DNA of 64,000 bases, taken from contig JAWQFM010000001.1 of NCBI GenBank assembly GCA_033442325.1, forward strand, positions 2,711,238 to 2,775,237. Direction: 5' to 3'. How positions within the stretch are numbered: position 1 is the first letter of the stretch; each line of letters begins with the position of its first letter. A program made the position numbers and the translations under genes. Source of the DNA: Salpingoeca rosetta (taxonomy: Eukaryota; Protista; Choanoflagellata). Under the pieces are notes generated by a model, which had not been told where the DNA came from, did not search any database, and saw nothing but the letters and a program-made list of their open reading frames with translations. This document shows, one piece after another, positions 1-37,666 of the stretch.

Positions 1-214
1 TGCCAAAGATGATGGTGCTGTGCCGATGGCCACTGCTGCCGCTGCTGCTGCTGCTGTTGGAGGAGGAGGAGGAGGTGGTGGTGGCGGTCGTAAACGAAGT
101 GGGTCCGGCCAGGAGGAACTGGGCGATGGGCGGCGAGGACGACAGCACAAGTTGCAGCCGTGAGCATTTGGGGAGAAGGTGCAGCGGTAAGGCACGATTG
201 CTCATAGTCAAGCG
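1..214 (-). CDS. Possible coding exon (Pro/Ser/Ala-rich), perhaps a downstream exon of the DENN gene, beyond the assembly gap
   Basis: On the minus strand there is a tcag acceptor near 215 followed by an open, GC-rich, low-complexity frame to the window edge. No recognisable domain. Confidence 0.3.
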
Positions 215-238
215 CTGACGCATGCATGAAAGACAGGG

Positions 239-325
<87 letters not shown>

Positions 326-1017
326 NNNNNNNNNNNNNNNNNNNNNNNNNNNNNNNNNNNNNNNNNNNNNNNNNNNNNNNNNNNNNNNNNNNNNNNNNNN
401 NNNNNNNNNNNNNNNNNNNNNNNNNNNNNNNNNNNNNNNNNNNNNNNNNNNNNNNNNNNNNNNNNNNNNNNNNNNNNNNNNNNNNNNNNNNNNNNNNNNN
501 NNNNNNNNNNNNNNNNNNNNNNNNNNNNNNNNNNNNNNNNNNNNNNNNNNNNNNNNNNNNNNNNNNNNNNNNNNNNNNNNNNNNNNNNNNNNNNNNNNNN
601 NNNNNNNNNNNNNNNNNNNNNNNNNNNNNNNNNNNNNNNNNNNNNNNNNNNNNNNNNNNNNNNNNNNNNNNNNNNNNNNNNNNNNNNNNNNNNNNNNNNN
701 NNNNNNNNNNNNNNNNNNNNNNNNNNNNNNNNNNNNNNNNNNNNNNNNNNNNNNNNNNNNNNNNNNNNNNNNNNNNNNNNNNNNNNNNNNNNNNNNNNNN
801 NNNNNNNNNNNNNNNNNNNNNNNNNNNNNNNNNNNNNNNNNNNNNNNNNNNNNNNNNNNNNNNNNNNNNNNNNNNNNNNNNNNNNNNNNNNNNNNNNNNN
901 NNNNNNNNNNNNNNNNNNNNNNNNNNNNNNNNNNNNNNNNNNNNNNNNNNNNNNNNNNNNNNNNNNNNNNNNNNNNNNNNNNNNNNNNNNNNNNNNNNNN
1001 NNNNNNNNNNNNNNNNN
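326..1017. other. Assembly gap (692 N) preceded by a (CA)n run
   Basis: N run seen directly; (CA)n at 241-325 abuts it. Confidence 0.99.
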
Positions 1018-1094
1018 ACGAGATCACACGTGCATGTGCAATAGGTGTTGAAATGTCGGCGCGATGCAATCAACACACGCACAGTTCCACTCAC

Positions 1095-3667
<2,573 letters not shown>

Positions 3668-4149
3668 CTCCGTCGTTGTGTTGTTGTGTGGGCGCGATGA
3701 GCGGACATGAAAATTAATGGAAGATAACCACAAATCTTCCAAAACTGCATCGGCGATTTCGCGGATTTGAGGAGAAAGCAGTGGCTGGTGGGTTGGTGGT
3801 GGGAAAGTGGAGTGTTTGTGTTGTTTGTGTTTGCGGCTTGCTTCATCAGCTGCGATGCTGGTGGTGGTCTGCTTTCCAACGCAGCACATCAAACACATCG
3901 AACCCGGCACACGCTCACCAGCCATTTGTTGTCCCACATCGCCCACCTGAACTCCCACCAACCCCTCCTCCTCTTCTTCCTGTTGACGTGACAGCAAAGG
4001 GAAGCGGTCCTTCCTTGCGCGTGCTTGCTTGCTTGGGAATTCGCAGCAACACACACCGTGTCAGCTGCCACTGCTGCCGTGACACTACCGTTGCGACTGC
4101 TGGTGTCATTTCGACTGCGCCCTTTGCCCTCTCGGTTTGCACCACAGTC

Positions 4150-14516
<10,367 letters not shown>

Positions 14517-14835
14517 CACCGCAGCCCTGTTCCGTTTCATCTCTCCTTCGCACGCTCTCCTCTCTCCTTTGTAGTTCGTCAAGGCGCGATTATTTGCCGT
14601 GTTACCCGTAAACATTCCGTTTCCACAACAAACAGTGAAGAAGCATTTGTTTGGCGCCGCAGCATTTCCAAACCAAACACCAAACCAAACCAACCAACGT
14701 GCTTCACCTGGCTGTGCATCTCTCCTTGACACGCGAGTGAGGCGGAGCGAGTTGAGCACTTGTGCTGTGTCTGTGGTGCATTTGCGGAACAACGAACCAC
14801 GATTGGGCTGGCATTGGCGGTCGTACTCAGTTACA

Positions 14836-14998
14836 ATGGAGCAAGAACGGTTGGAAAGCATCAGCAACTTCAAGAGCGCCTTGGAAAACATCATCGCCAA
14901 GGTGTGTGCGTGTGTGCGTGTGTGCGTGTGTGTGTGCGTGTGTGTGCGTGTGCGTTTGTATGTGTGTGTGTGTGTGCGTGTGCGTTTGTGTGTGTGTC

Positions 14999-15031
<33 letters not shown>

Positions 15032-16560
15032 GTCTGTCTGTGTCTCTCTGTGTCTCTGTGCTCGTGGTAGTGACGACGGCGGTGGTGGCGCTGAGTTCCC
15101 ATTGTGTCTTGTCAGCGATGGATGGCTGTGCATGTGTATCTGTTCCACCCGACCATGTCCACTCAATGTATTGTGCTTGTGTTGTGCTGTCTGCTTGCTG
15201 TGTGCAGTACTCGCACGCTTTTGAGAACACGGATGTGATTGATCTGGAGACCAACACCATCGTCGAGAACTATGGCCTGATCGAGAGCTTAGGGAACCCC
15301 AATTCCTCACGCCGGTGCACAACGACGCGCGTGAAGCCGCGACGCAAGTTCACCAAGCCGCGCAACTCTGGCCCCACGTCATCGCCGCCATCATCGACCG
15401 AGCAGAAGACAAAGCGAGACATGCCGTTTTGCTTTGACACAGCGTTTGACAGCGACGATAGCAGCGACAGCGCGAGCGGCGATGAGGGCGAGCCTGCACC
15501 TGCCAACACACACAAGCCCCATTCGCGAGGCAGCCCGCCCACACGTGCGCATGCGCGTGCCAGCCGGCAACACCGCGCCTATGCCTACGAGAGCGGCGAG
15601 GAGAGCGGCGAGGAGAGCGGCGAGGAGAGTGGCGCAGACAAGAACGATAAGCCCATCGGTGGTTATGAAGCCGGCGATGGCAACACCAACGATGATGGCG
15701 ATGTGAGCGGGGCAGAGGACAGTGAAGGAGCGCCGGCTTTGTTGCACATGCGCGCATGCGATGCAAGTGCAGCTGGGCGGCGCTGCGTGTCTCGCGGCCG
15801 GCAGCATGGACGCGGCGATGACGAGCACGTCACCAGCGGATACGTGAGTGGGGAGGACGAGGACGCGACACGCGAGCTGCACCAGTCGCTGTCACCGGCA
15901 TACGGTGGAACGGGCGCACTGGCGCTGGCGGTGCTTGGACGCGACGAGCACGGCGCAGCCATGGCAGCATCAGCAGCGGGTGTGGCGCAGGTGAACAGGA
16001 TCCTGCGTGCGCGAATGACACACAGGGAAGGCAAGAAGCGCCGTGGCAGTGACGACGAGGAAGATGAGCAGGAGGAGGATATCAACAGCGATGTTGATGG
16101 TGATGACAGGAACGGGGCGGATGGCAACATCGACATCGCTGCTGATGACCAGCATGAAGATGAAGTGCAGACAGACGACCTCATCACTGCACCCGCCGCC
16201 ACCACCGCTGCTCCAACGAGCACCCGCCCTCACCATCGCAGTCGCAGCAGCAAGACCAGCAGGAGCACTAAGAGCAGCAGGAACAGCAAGACTCGTCGAG
16301 CGAACAACGCCAAGCGACGTGTGACCCCACGCCCAATTGATGACGGTGACGAAAGCACTGCTGACAGCAATGGTGGTGGTGGCGTTGGTGTTGGGGCAGA
16401 GGGGTTTGACAGCGTTTCAGCAACACCAACAAAGCGTCAGCCAAGAGGCCGACGCCCAAGACGCAGCAGGCTGCAGCGCAGTGGCGGTGGCGACGGCAGT
16501 GACCGGAATATACACAGGAAGGTCGCACGCTCCCTGTTCTCAGAGGGAATGGGAAGGTGT

Positions 16561-16591
<31 letters not shown>

Positions 16592-16887
16592 ATGCTGCTG
16601 CTGTTGATGATCATCGTGATGACAATGATGATGACACCGGTGTTGATGGACGGAGTGCCGGTGAGATTGAGGGCTGCAAGCGTGCCAAGCTCACGTCACC
16701 AGCCCACGGTGAAGATGGTGAAGATGGCGATGATGGCGATGATGATTGCGTGATGGATGACGAGAGCGTGGGGGATAGTGTGCAACAGCAACACAACAGC
16801 GCACGAACAGCGAAGCAGCGCCACGACCCCTCCACGTGCACTCTTCTCTTCTGTTTTGACTGCGCCAGCACCAGCACCGACGACTGA
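14836..16887 (+). CDS. Scm3/HJURP-like CENP-A (centromeric H3) chaperone; exons 14836-14901 and 15208-16887
   Basis: Splicing gives MEQERLESISNFKSALENIIAK|YSHAFENTDVIDLETNTIVENYGLIESL, which matches the Scm3 domain pattern fks.fesI.eKY...f...DeIdL.Tg.Iv.dnGhl. A long disordered D/E- and R/S-rich body follows, ending in H-x4-C-x4-C-x2-C. Confidence 0.8.
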
Positions 16888-16945
<58 letters not shown>

Positions 16946-17437
16946 CGCGCGTGCAGTGGCTAATTGTTGTGTTGCTTAGCTGTTCTTTGTCTTCTTGCAC
17001 CCGAGTTCTCTTCCTCGTACCTTTGCACGCGCGCGGTGCTTATGTAGTGTAATTGCTCCTGCTTTTCGCCTGTGTTGGGGGATGCTGGCACTGGCTGTGT
17101 TTATGATCCCATGCATACATGAAATGATGATGCAACACGAAACAAAACAAGCAGTCAAACAAGCAAACACAACACGACACGAGCGCGGATGTATGCGACA
17201 CAGCCGTGAAGCGCAGCCACAAAGAACACAATCAGAGACTCCGCACGCACAACACAATCGACTACACGTCAAACGCCTGCACACACACACGCACACACGC
17301 ACGCGCGCGCACACACACACACACATATGCACACGTGCACAAACCTCAGGGCACCAACGATAACAACACAAAAGGGAAAGAGCGAATGGAGAACGGGTTT
17401 GGGGTGGGGTTGGGCTGGTGTGCTGTCACGCAACTGC

Positions 17438-17574
17438 TCACGGCAGAACCTGAAGCTTCCGGCCCTTGATCACTGCAGTGTCATGGTGGCGGTGTTGTTG
17501 TTGTTGTTGTTGTTGTGAGTAAGTGAGTGAGTGAGTGAGGGTGCGACATTCTGGGCTAGCAAACAATGGCGACG

Positions 17575-17653
<79 letters not shown>

Positions 17654-18957
17654 GCCCCAACCAGCACCGTCAGGGCGAGCAAGCAATCGTGGCGAGCGAA
17701 CCTCGTGTGAAGTAGAGGTAGAAAAAGTCGCCATAGAGGACCGTCTGCACAATGCCGGCGGTGACGGCAATGGGGTCCCAGTGGCCCTCAAAGTAGTACC
17801 GGTCAATCCAGTTGAGGATGTACAGCGCACGGTACGACCCAAGCGCAAAGAGGTAGTGGCTGGTGATGTTCTCGGCCTCGCCCGTCTTGGTGACCATGAA
17901 CAGCTGCGGCAGAATCGCAACCGCCTCCAGGAAGATGGAAAACGCCCACGAGATCTACGCAGGCGGTGCGCACACACAGTCATGTGCGTGGTTGTGGGTG
18001 AGCTGTCTCGTGCAGGGGAGGGGGGAGGGGCACCGGAACATCAACAGGTGTTTGCAAGCACAAGCAGCAAGAGCACATGCGGTCCCCGACTTTGCACATG
18101 TACACACAGACACACATACACAGACACGCAGAGTGAGAGAGAGAGGGGGGGCACACATAGACACAGACACACACGCACACAGACACACACAGACACATAC
18201 ACCGACACATACACAGACACACACGCACACAGACACACACACACATAGCCCATGAAACAAAAGTGCTGTGTGGTGCGGCCGCATTAGGCGCCCACATTGG
18301 TCCCACCTCGAAGAAAGTAAAGGCGTAGTTCCAGATGAGGGCGAGGATGAGGGCGGGAACAATGACAAACTCCATGCGGAAGGTGTCGTGATTGCCATCG
18401 TACGTGGCCTTGAACTTGAAGTAGATGAGGTAGACGGTGGCCACAGAGGCAGAGATGAAGAGCACCTTCATGGTGCTGTTGTAGACGGAGATGAATGACG
18501 TAAACAAATCCAGGTACCGTGTCACATACACCATGCAGAACATCAGCTGCGTCTTCCCGCTGATGCCTGCAGAGGAACAGCAAACGTGGGCGGAGCGTGT
18601 GCGTGTGTGTTGTGTGAGAATGTGTGAGAGAGTGTGCGTGTGCGTGTGCGTGTGCGTGCGCGTGCGTATGAGTTTGTATGTGTGTGTGTGCGTGTGTGCG
18701 TGTGTGCGTATGAGTTTGTATGTGTGTGTGTGTGTGGCGGAACAGCACGAAAGCAAACAAGTAATGCATACAAAACCGAACTGAACACGCAAGCTGTTAT
18801 CACACGTCAACCTGTGCGAGCATGCACACACACGCATACACACAGCTTGTCTTTGCTCACCAGCAGCAGACTTTGTGGTCCAGATCTTGTAGAGAAGAAG
18901 GAGGATGGCCAGGACGTGCGACAAGTCGCCCGCCAGGCGAAACAAGGTCATGGACAT
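17438..18957 (-). CDS. ERD2: ER lumen protein-retaining (KDEL/HDEL) receptor; 4 exons
   Basis: [33 protein letters not shown]|[28 protein letters not shown]..|[66 protein letters not shown]|[11 protein letters not shown]. Confidence 0.97.
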
Positions 18958-19096
18958 CTTCTCCCAGGCAAAAAAAACAAGAACACAAATGTCAAAGGGC
19001 GGAAAAGTACGTGAATGTGAGTGCAGTGCGTGTGAGTGTGAGCGTGCGCGTGAGTGTGGTTGAACCAAGGGACACAACGTGCATGTAATGCACTCA

Positions 19097-19250
19097 CAAC
19101 AAACAACAACAACTACTTAAACAACAACAACAACAACAACAACTTAAACAACAACAATAACTTAAACAACAACGTAACAACAACAACAACAACCTAAACA
19201 ACAGCAACAACAACTTAAACAACAACAATTTAAACAACAACGACGACGAC
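19097..19250. repeat. Interrupted (AAC)n array with periodic TTAA/CTAA interruptions, between divergent ERD2 and MORN genes
   Basis: ...caacaactacttaaacaacaac...aacttaaacaacaacaataacttaaacaac... Confidence 0.85.
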
Positions 19251-19698
19251 ACCAGAAACAACAAAAAAAGAGGAGCGAGAATGGGTGGTGCGCGTTGGTG
19301 CTCCAGACACAAACAAGAAGTGCATGAGACAAAGCACACAAGAAGCATACAACAGACAGAGATGCCAACAACCACCCAACACAATCCCAAAGGTAAACCA
19401 ATCACAAACAAACAAACAAACAAACAAACCGCGTCCACAAGATAAGCCAACGCAGCACAGCACATACCTTGGCAGCGCGGTGTTGGACGATGGAGACAAC
19501 AGCACCAGAGCGATGAGGTGGTGTGGTTGCAGTTCGTCGTTGTCGTCAGTCAGTGGGGAGGGTGGGAGACGTTGGATCAAGGTCAAAATTGACTTGATGT
19601 GTTGGCGAGCAGCAAAAGCAAGTTTGCTCTTGACAAAGGAGCGTGGGGGCCGCACGGTTTTATTTCTATCTGCTACGCTTCATGGTGTCGCTGTCGAT

Positions 19699-20107
19699 AT
19701 GCCGTTTGACAACCGCTTCGCCTACCAAGGACAGCGCGATGCGGAGCGCAAGCCGCATGGCGTGGGGACGCTGTTGCATGGAGGGCAGCTGTTGTACCGT
19801 GGGGAGTTTGAGCACGGCAGCATGACGGGCCGGGGCTACCGCGTGTACATGGACGGCTCGTCTTACTCCGGCGCCTTCCACGACGGCATGCGACACGGCT
19901 ACGGCATCTGGACCAGTGCAGACGGCGCTGTCGTGCGCCAGGGCACCTTCCGTGCAGACGTCTTTCACGGTGTGCGCGTGTGCGTGCTTGTGCGTGTGTG
20001 TGTGTGTGTGTGTGTTTGTGTGTTTGTGCGTGTGGTTGTGTTTGCTGCGCATGTGTGCAATTGCTGTTGCTGTTATTGCTGTCGACAACACCTGATGATC
20101 TCTCCAT

Positions 20108-20163
<56 letters not shown>

Positions 20164-20350
20164 CCCTTCGTGCTTGGAGACTGTCGAGGGTGAACAGTTT
20201 GCGGGGTCCACCCAACGCCTGATTTGTACGTGGTCGTGTATTTTCCCATCTCACCGTATCATGCTGCTCACGTGCACTCAACCAACCCTGTCTTTCACCA
20301 CTCGCGTCTTTGCAGGCATGGCTTTGGCCTTGTGTTCACTCGTCATCCTC

Positions 20351-20411
<61 letters not shown>

Positions 20412-20610
20412 TCGGCAAGGGCACGTGAGAATGCTTCCAACGTGTTGGCAGGCAGGGCAGGCCGTGCCCATTGATGCAGAAGCAGCAACAGCGTCGCCGC
20501 TTGCTCCAACCCCAACGACTCCAACTTCCGCGCCGCCCACCACCACCACCGCTAACAGCAAAAACGGCACCAGCAGCAGCAGCAGCGCAAGCGGGCAGAC
20601 AGCAACGTAG
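19699..20610 (+). CDS. MORN-repeat protein with a polyQ/low-complexity tail; about 3 exons
   Basis: YQGQRDAERKPHGVG, YRGEFEHGSMTGRG, YSGAFHDGMRHGYG and QGTFRADVFHG are MORN consensus repeats (YxGxFxxGxxHGxG). The later exon junctions are less certain. Confidence 0.8.
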
Positions 20611-20690
20611 TGCAGACCAGAGCCTTGATTTGTTACACATCACAGCCAATCATCAACCACACATTCACACGCTGGCCCCTGGCGCCTGGC

Positions 20691-22693
20691 CTAGTCTGTG
20701 AGCCATGGCGAATCGAGGACACCAAAGCCCGCCGCAAAGCCCACCTCATCGCTCTCCGCCTGCTTGGTGCGCAGCAGCACGCCTGCGTTGTCTTCCACAT
20801 GATCTTCATCAGCAGCATCAGAATCAGCACGCCCGGCTTCCCGCTTGCCACGCCGCCGCACGCTCACGCCAAAGAGGCCCAGCTCCGTTGTGGACTGCTG
20901 CGGCGCGCCCACGGGCTCATCGCGCATCACCAGCGCCGGCTGCGTGGGCGGCAGGATGCGGCTCTGCACAATGTACGCCAACCTCTCCGAGGGCGCCATG
21001 CCTGCAAGCATATTCGCTGCCTCGCGCCCGTAGTGGTTGCCGCCGCCCCCTTCCCGCTGCGGCTTCAGCACATACAGCTCCGGGTGCTCTTGGATCTCCG
21101 CCAGCAACGCGTCGACACTTGCCATCTCCTTCTGCTGATGCTGTGTTTCCCGTGTGCTGTCATTGCCCTGCTGCTGTCCCTCGCTGGTGCTGTAGTCGTC
21201 TGGGTCGAGCGAGTAAAGAGCAGCAAACGTCTTCCTCAGCGTGGTGGCGTCCTCTCCGCTGATGAACCGCTCAAGCGTGCCGGGTTTCGCCAGCACCTGC
21301 TGCACCTTCTTCGTACCGGCAAGGTGCAGCGCGATGTTTGGGCACTTGATGGCTGCAGAGAGCTCAAGCTGCGTGCGCGCATCCCACTCTGCCTGGCTCG
21401 GGTAGTCGTTCGGGGTGTAGCCTGCACGAAAGTACACCACGCTCACCTCCACCACTTCCTCCTCGCCTTGCGCGCGCTCCGTTGCTCGATTGCTTTGCTG
21501 TTGCTGCTGCTGCACCTGCCCTTCGGTCTTGGCCTTCTTGGCTGCACTGTCACCATCACTAGCACCACGATCACCATCACTGCTGGTCTGCTGAGGAAAG
21601 TGGATGTAGAGGCGGCCCGTGTGCTCATCGCGACGCCCGTACTTGTGCACATCAGCGAATGACACGCGCACCATGCGCAGCTGGTGCCTCTCCAGCAAAG
21701 CGAACTCAAGGTGGCGCTGGTCGAAGGCATTGAACTCGTTGGGCTGCACAATCATCGCCACCACCACGGGATGCTTCCCATCCGTGCGGTGGTCCGCAAC
21801 ATAGTGGTCGTGCGCGGCCTGTCGTGTGCATGTGTGTGTGTTGTGATGTGCGTGCGTGTGTGTGTGTGTGTGTTATGGAATGCGAGGTGATCAAGGAAAA
21901 AAGGCAAGGCAGTGTGGCAAAGGGGCACGAAGCAACTTGAGACACAGAACAGAAGCACATGCATGTGGAGTGCTCATGTCCTTCGACTATAACGCACATG
22001 CACATCCAAATACACACACACACACACACGACTGACCTTGAAGCCGTCAGCGAGGGAGGAGGTGACGTGGATGGGAGGCATGTGGGAATCCAAGACAGAT
22101 GCGGGAACGCGAAGCACACGCTGCAGCAGGGTGCGGTGCATGCGGGAGATGATGGTGCTCAGTGCACCCAAGGATGCTGCAATGGTGTTGGCCTCAACGT
22201 GGCGAATGCCGCAGTCCTTGAAGGCACGCCCTTCGGGCTGGTGCAGCATGTAGTCGTTGCGCACAATGGCGAACACGGTGCCCTCCGTGTAAGCTTGGGG
22301 CTTGGCGGCGTATGCCGCATCGTAGACGGACATCAGGTTCGCCGTGAACTCGTCCACAGTGCACGTGGAAGCCAGCGACGTGGTGAGAAAGTCCCTGTCG
22401 CGGGCCACCGCGTCCAGCAGGTCCAGCCACGCACGCTGGCTCGCCCGGCCCAGCTCAAACGCGGCGCGTGGGAACGCGGTTGGCACCAGCGAGCAGGGTG
22501 CCACCGCATAGCGGCGCGCACGGCCGTGCCTTCCCGCGTTGTCCTTGGGAGCAATCATCAAACCATGGGTCACCGCGTAGTCCCCAGCCTCGACAAGCAA
22601 CCGTTCCTGCACCGCCCGCCCAACTCTTCCTTCCTCACACAGCGCCACAGGCGTCGCACCATCCTCGACTACCACCGCTTTCGTCTCAGCCAT
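20691..22693 (-). CDS. GSS: Eukaryotic glutathione synthetase; exons 22693-22037 and 21818-20691
   Basis: APCSLVPTAFP, RNDYM, VEANTIAASLG, EFNAFDQRHLE, VVYFRAGYTPNDY, KCPNIALHLAGTKKVQQVLA, VLKPQREGGGGN, TELGLFG, LLRTK...AAGFGVLDSP. Confidence 0.95.
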
Positions 22694-23033
22694 TGCTTGT
22701 TGCTTGCTTGCTCTTCTTTCTTCTTGCTTGTCGTCAGCCGTCACACTGTCTTTGCTCTGTTTGTGTGGAGAACTGAATTCAGTTGTTGAAAACTGGCGCG
22801 CAAATGCGCAAAAACACCGCGCACACACAACAACTGCTGCAACTGCCAAGATCAGACCAGACCAATACACACTGCAGCGCTCAGAAAGGGCTCTGTCTAG
22901 TGCGGGAAGGGCCGTGGTCGTGGTGGAAGCTACTGTGCGTGCCGGGGGAAGTGCCGCTGACGCCAACGCTGTGCGTGGACGTGACAGACGCTGCAGGTTC
23001 CAGGGCAGCGAATCCAGCGGACGATCAAGCATC

Positions 23034-34888
<11,855 letters not shown>

Positions 34889-35804
34889 ATGACCACCCAG
34901 TGCCTTTCTTCACATGTCCCACACAACCCTTAGTTCTTCGTTGTGTTCCCCCCCCCCCCGACCATGTCTTCCGTAATTGCCATGTTGTGTTATGAGTTTT
35001 GCTCTGTTGTGCTCCAGCCACTGCTGCTGCTGTTGTTGAGATTGTGAGTGAGACACGACATGATTTACTGTGCTGCAGAGTAAATTCTTTTTCAAAAGTC
35101 ATTTTAATGTTTCTCGCCAAGATGAACACAGTGCGACGTGGACGTGAATGGTGTGACCCGTACAAGCTCCCACAAGCAAGCACGGCACAAGCCAGCCAGC
35201 CGCAGACACACCGCGAACACCGAGGTGTTTTTGGGCTCAAAGAAGACAAACAACAGTCTTGACACAGCGAACAGACGAACAGACGGATGGTGAACAGCGG
35301 CAGGCACAATCAAAAATGACTGCGTCACATCGCTATCCCCAACAAGCAAGCAAGCAGATAGACGTTTACTCAAGAATATGGATGGACAACGACGCAAACA
35401 TACTAGAACATAAATTAAATCTCCGCCGTTGTGCATGAAGAAGGCTCGGGGCCAACCTCGTTGCACAAGGCCAAACAGGTGCAGGGCCACCGACACATCC
35501 CCAAAAAAATTGAGCGCGAGGCCCAATGAAAAAAAGGGACAGACATGAAGAGACAAAACATGAAAACAAGGGTTGAGGAAGGAGTTGAGCTTGGGTACGA
35601 CAACATCAGACAACAGGACCTGACCCATGCCCGTTGCATCAGCAATCTCACCACACCCAAACCTTCACCCATCCAAGGGGAAGAGGCAAACCGAGAAGCT
35701 GGACGGATGAACACACCCTTCCATGTGACACGCCTTGAATGTTGTTGCTGCTGCTCGATGCCACAACAACAATCAGGGGCGTATTGACTTCAGCTGAAGA
35801 CAAG

Positions 35805-37634
35805 TCACTGCTTAGCGTTCTCCTCAAAGATGCTGATCAGCTTTGGGTCTCCTGAACCCATGGCCTGGATTGTCAACCAACGATGGCATCAGCAAGGAGA
35901 GCAGATCATGCATTAGGGCTGCACGTGAGACTGAAGATACGCAGTACATTTCGACTTCCAGACCCCCGCCCCACACACCACACCGCCTTCCTCTCTGAGG
36001 ACATGGCAAGCGCAGGAAGTCAACCAGGTGGACACACACACATACACACACACGGCATCGTCGCAGGACATACCACTTCATATGGCGTCAGGCTGTTGGA
36101 GTGCTTCTGTTCTGGATCGACTCCGGCCGCCAGCAGCATTTCCACCATGGTACTAAAACAACCGCCATGCGAAACGCAACCAACATGAGCAAAAGAAAAA
36201 CAAGAAGGCGTAGCACATGCCATGCAATGGGCAGCATCACACTCAAAGGAGAATGTACGCGACGCGACGTTCGCGCGCACACACACACACACATGCATGC
36301 ACACACGGCTTAGTGCGCACAAAACAGAGGAGAACCGGAGAATATGAGAGGAATCTTACTAGTGCCTCTTGCTGACGGCAAAGAGGAGAGGGGTGGCACC
36401 ATCAGCGTCAACAATTTGCCGCACGAAGCTTGGGTCGCGGCACGCGTCCTCCACAACGCTAATGTCGCCGTCGTAGCAAGCCCGAAGGACCTTGGTAGCA
36501 TAGTCTTTGCGCGACTGCTCTTGCTCTTCGTCCCGCTGCTGTTGTTCAGCCTGCTGATTCTGCTCTCCGTGCTGCTGTGGGTTCTGCTGCTGTTGCTCAG
36601 CCTGCTGCTCATAATGGTGGTGCTGGAGCTGCTCGAAGAGGTGTTCAGGCTGCTCGTTGTCGTCCAGGACGTCGGCCACCAACTGGTGAGTGGAAACAAA
36701 GGCAAGATCGTCGACGTCGTCGTGCTGGGAGTCAAACGGATGCAGGTCGTTCATGAAGGCAGTCACGTTGTCTGAAGAGAACGCGGTTGCGGTGAGACCA
36801 GAGAGGCCGTACATTGCATCAGCCGTGTGCTGAGTGGCGGGTGCCGCCATTGTCGTGTTCACACCACCGCCGTTGGCAGAGTAGTCGTCAGACGTCGTGG
36901 TGGGCAGGTGCCGTGGCGACCCAAAAGCACCCGTGCCTTCCACCTTGGACGATGGAAACAGAGCAGACAGGTCGTATTGGTTCAGCCTGCTAGCAAACCC
37001 GTCGGTGGAGGCAGGGCGCTGCGCTGCAGCAGTAAATGGTGGGTGATGGGACGCTGGTGTTGGCATACGTGTGTCAGCGGCAGAGGGCATGGAGTTGGTG
37101 GGAAGATCAGGCACGCGAGGCAACATGGCTGCTCCACCAAAGTGCCCATGGTTCTCGCTGTTGCTGCCGTGGTTGTGGCTGATGTTGTTGATGCCATGGC
37201 CATCGTGATGGAGATGGCTGCCGCTGTTGGCGTTGGTGCTGACGGCAGTGGTTGTGGTGTGGCTGTTGCTGCCGATGACAGAGTGAGAGAAGCCTGCAGA
37301 AAACGCGTCTTCCTGGGCTGGCCGGTACGGCAATGCATGGTCCTGTGGAAAGTACGGCCGAACCTCCGTGGACAGCGTCGTGGGCGTGTGTTGTGAGTGG
37401 GGCTGTGCCTGGTGCTGGGCTGGCACAGGAGGCATGGCCTGGCCTACAACACCAAAGCTCGCCGTGGATCGTCCAGAATGCTCAGTGCTTGTCGTCGACT
37501 GCATGGTGCCGGAAGACACATCGCTGAAGGACATCTGCTGCATTTGTTGCGCAAGCTGTGCTGGCTGATGGTACTGCTGGCGATGGAATTGTTGTTGTTG
37601 CTGCTGCAGCTGTTGCCCGAAGTGGTGGTGGTGG

Positions 37635-37666
<32 letters not shown>

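Noticed and set aside
20610-21662. 350-aa + strand ORF
   Set aside because: It is the antisense shadow of GC-rich GSS exon 2 and has no domain signal.
35104-35628. 174-aa minus-strand ORF between PDS5 and the ankyrin gene
   Set aside because: No recognisable motif and atypical composition; more likely 3' UTR or intergenic sequence.
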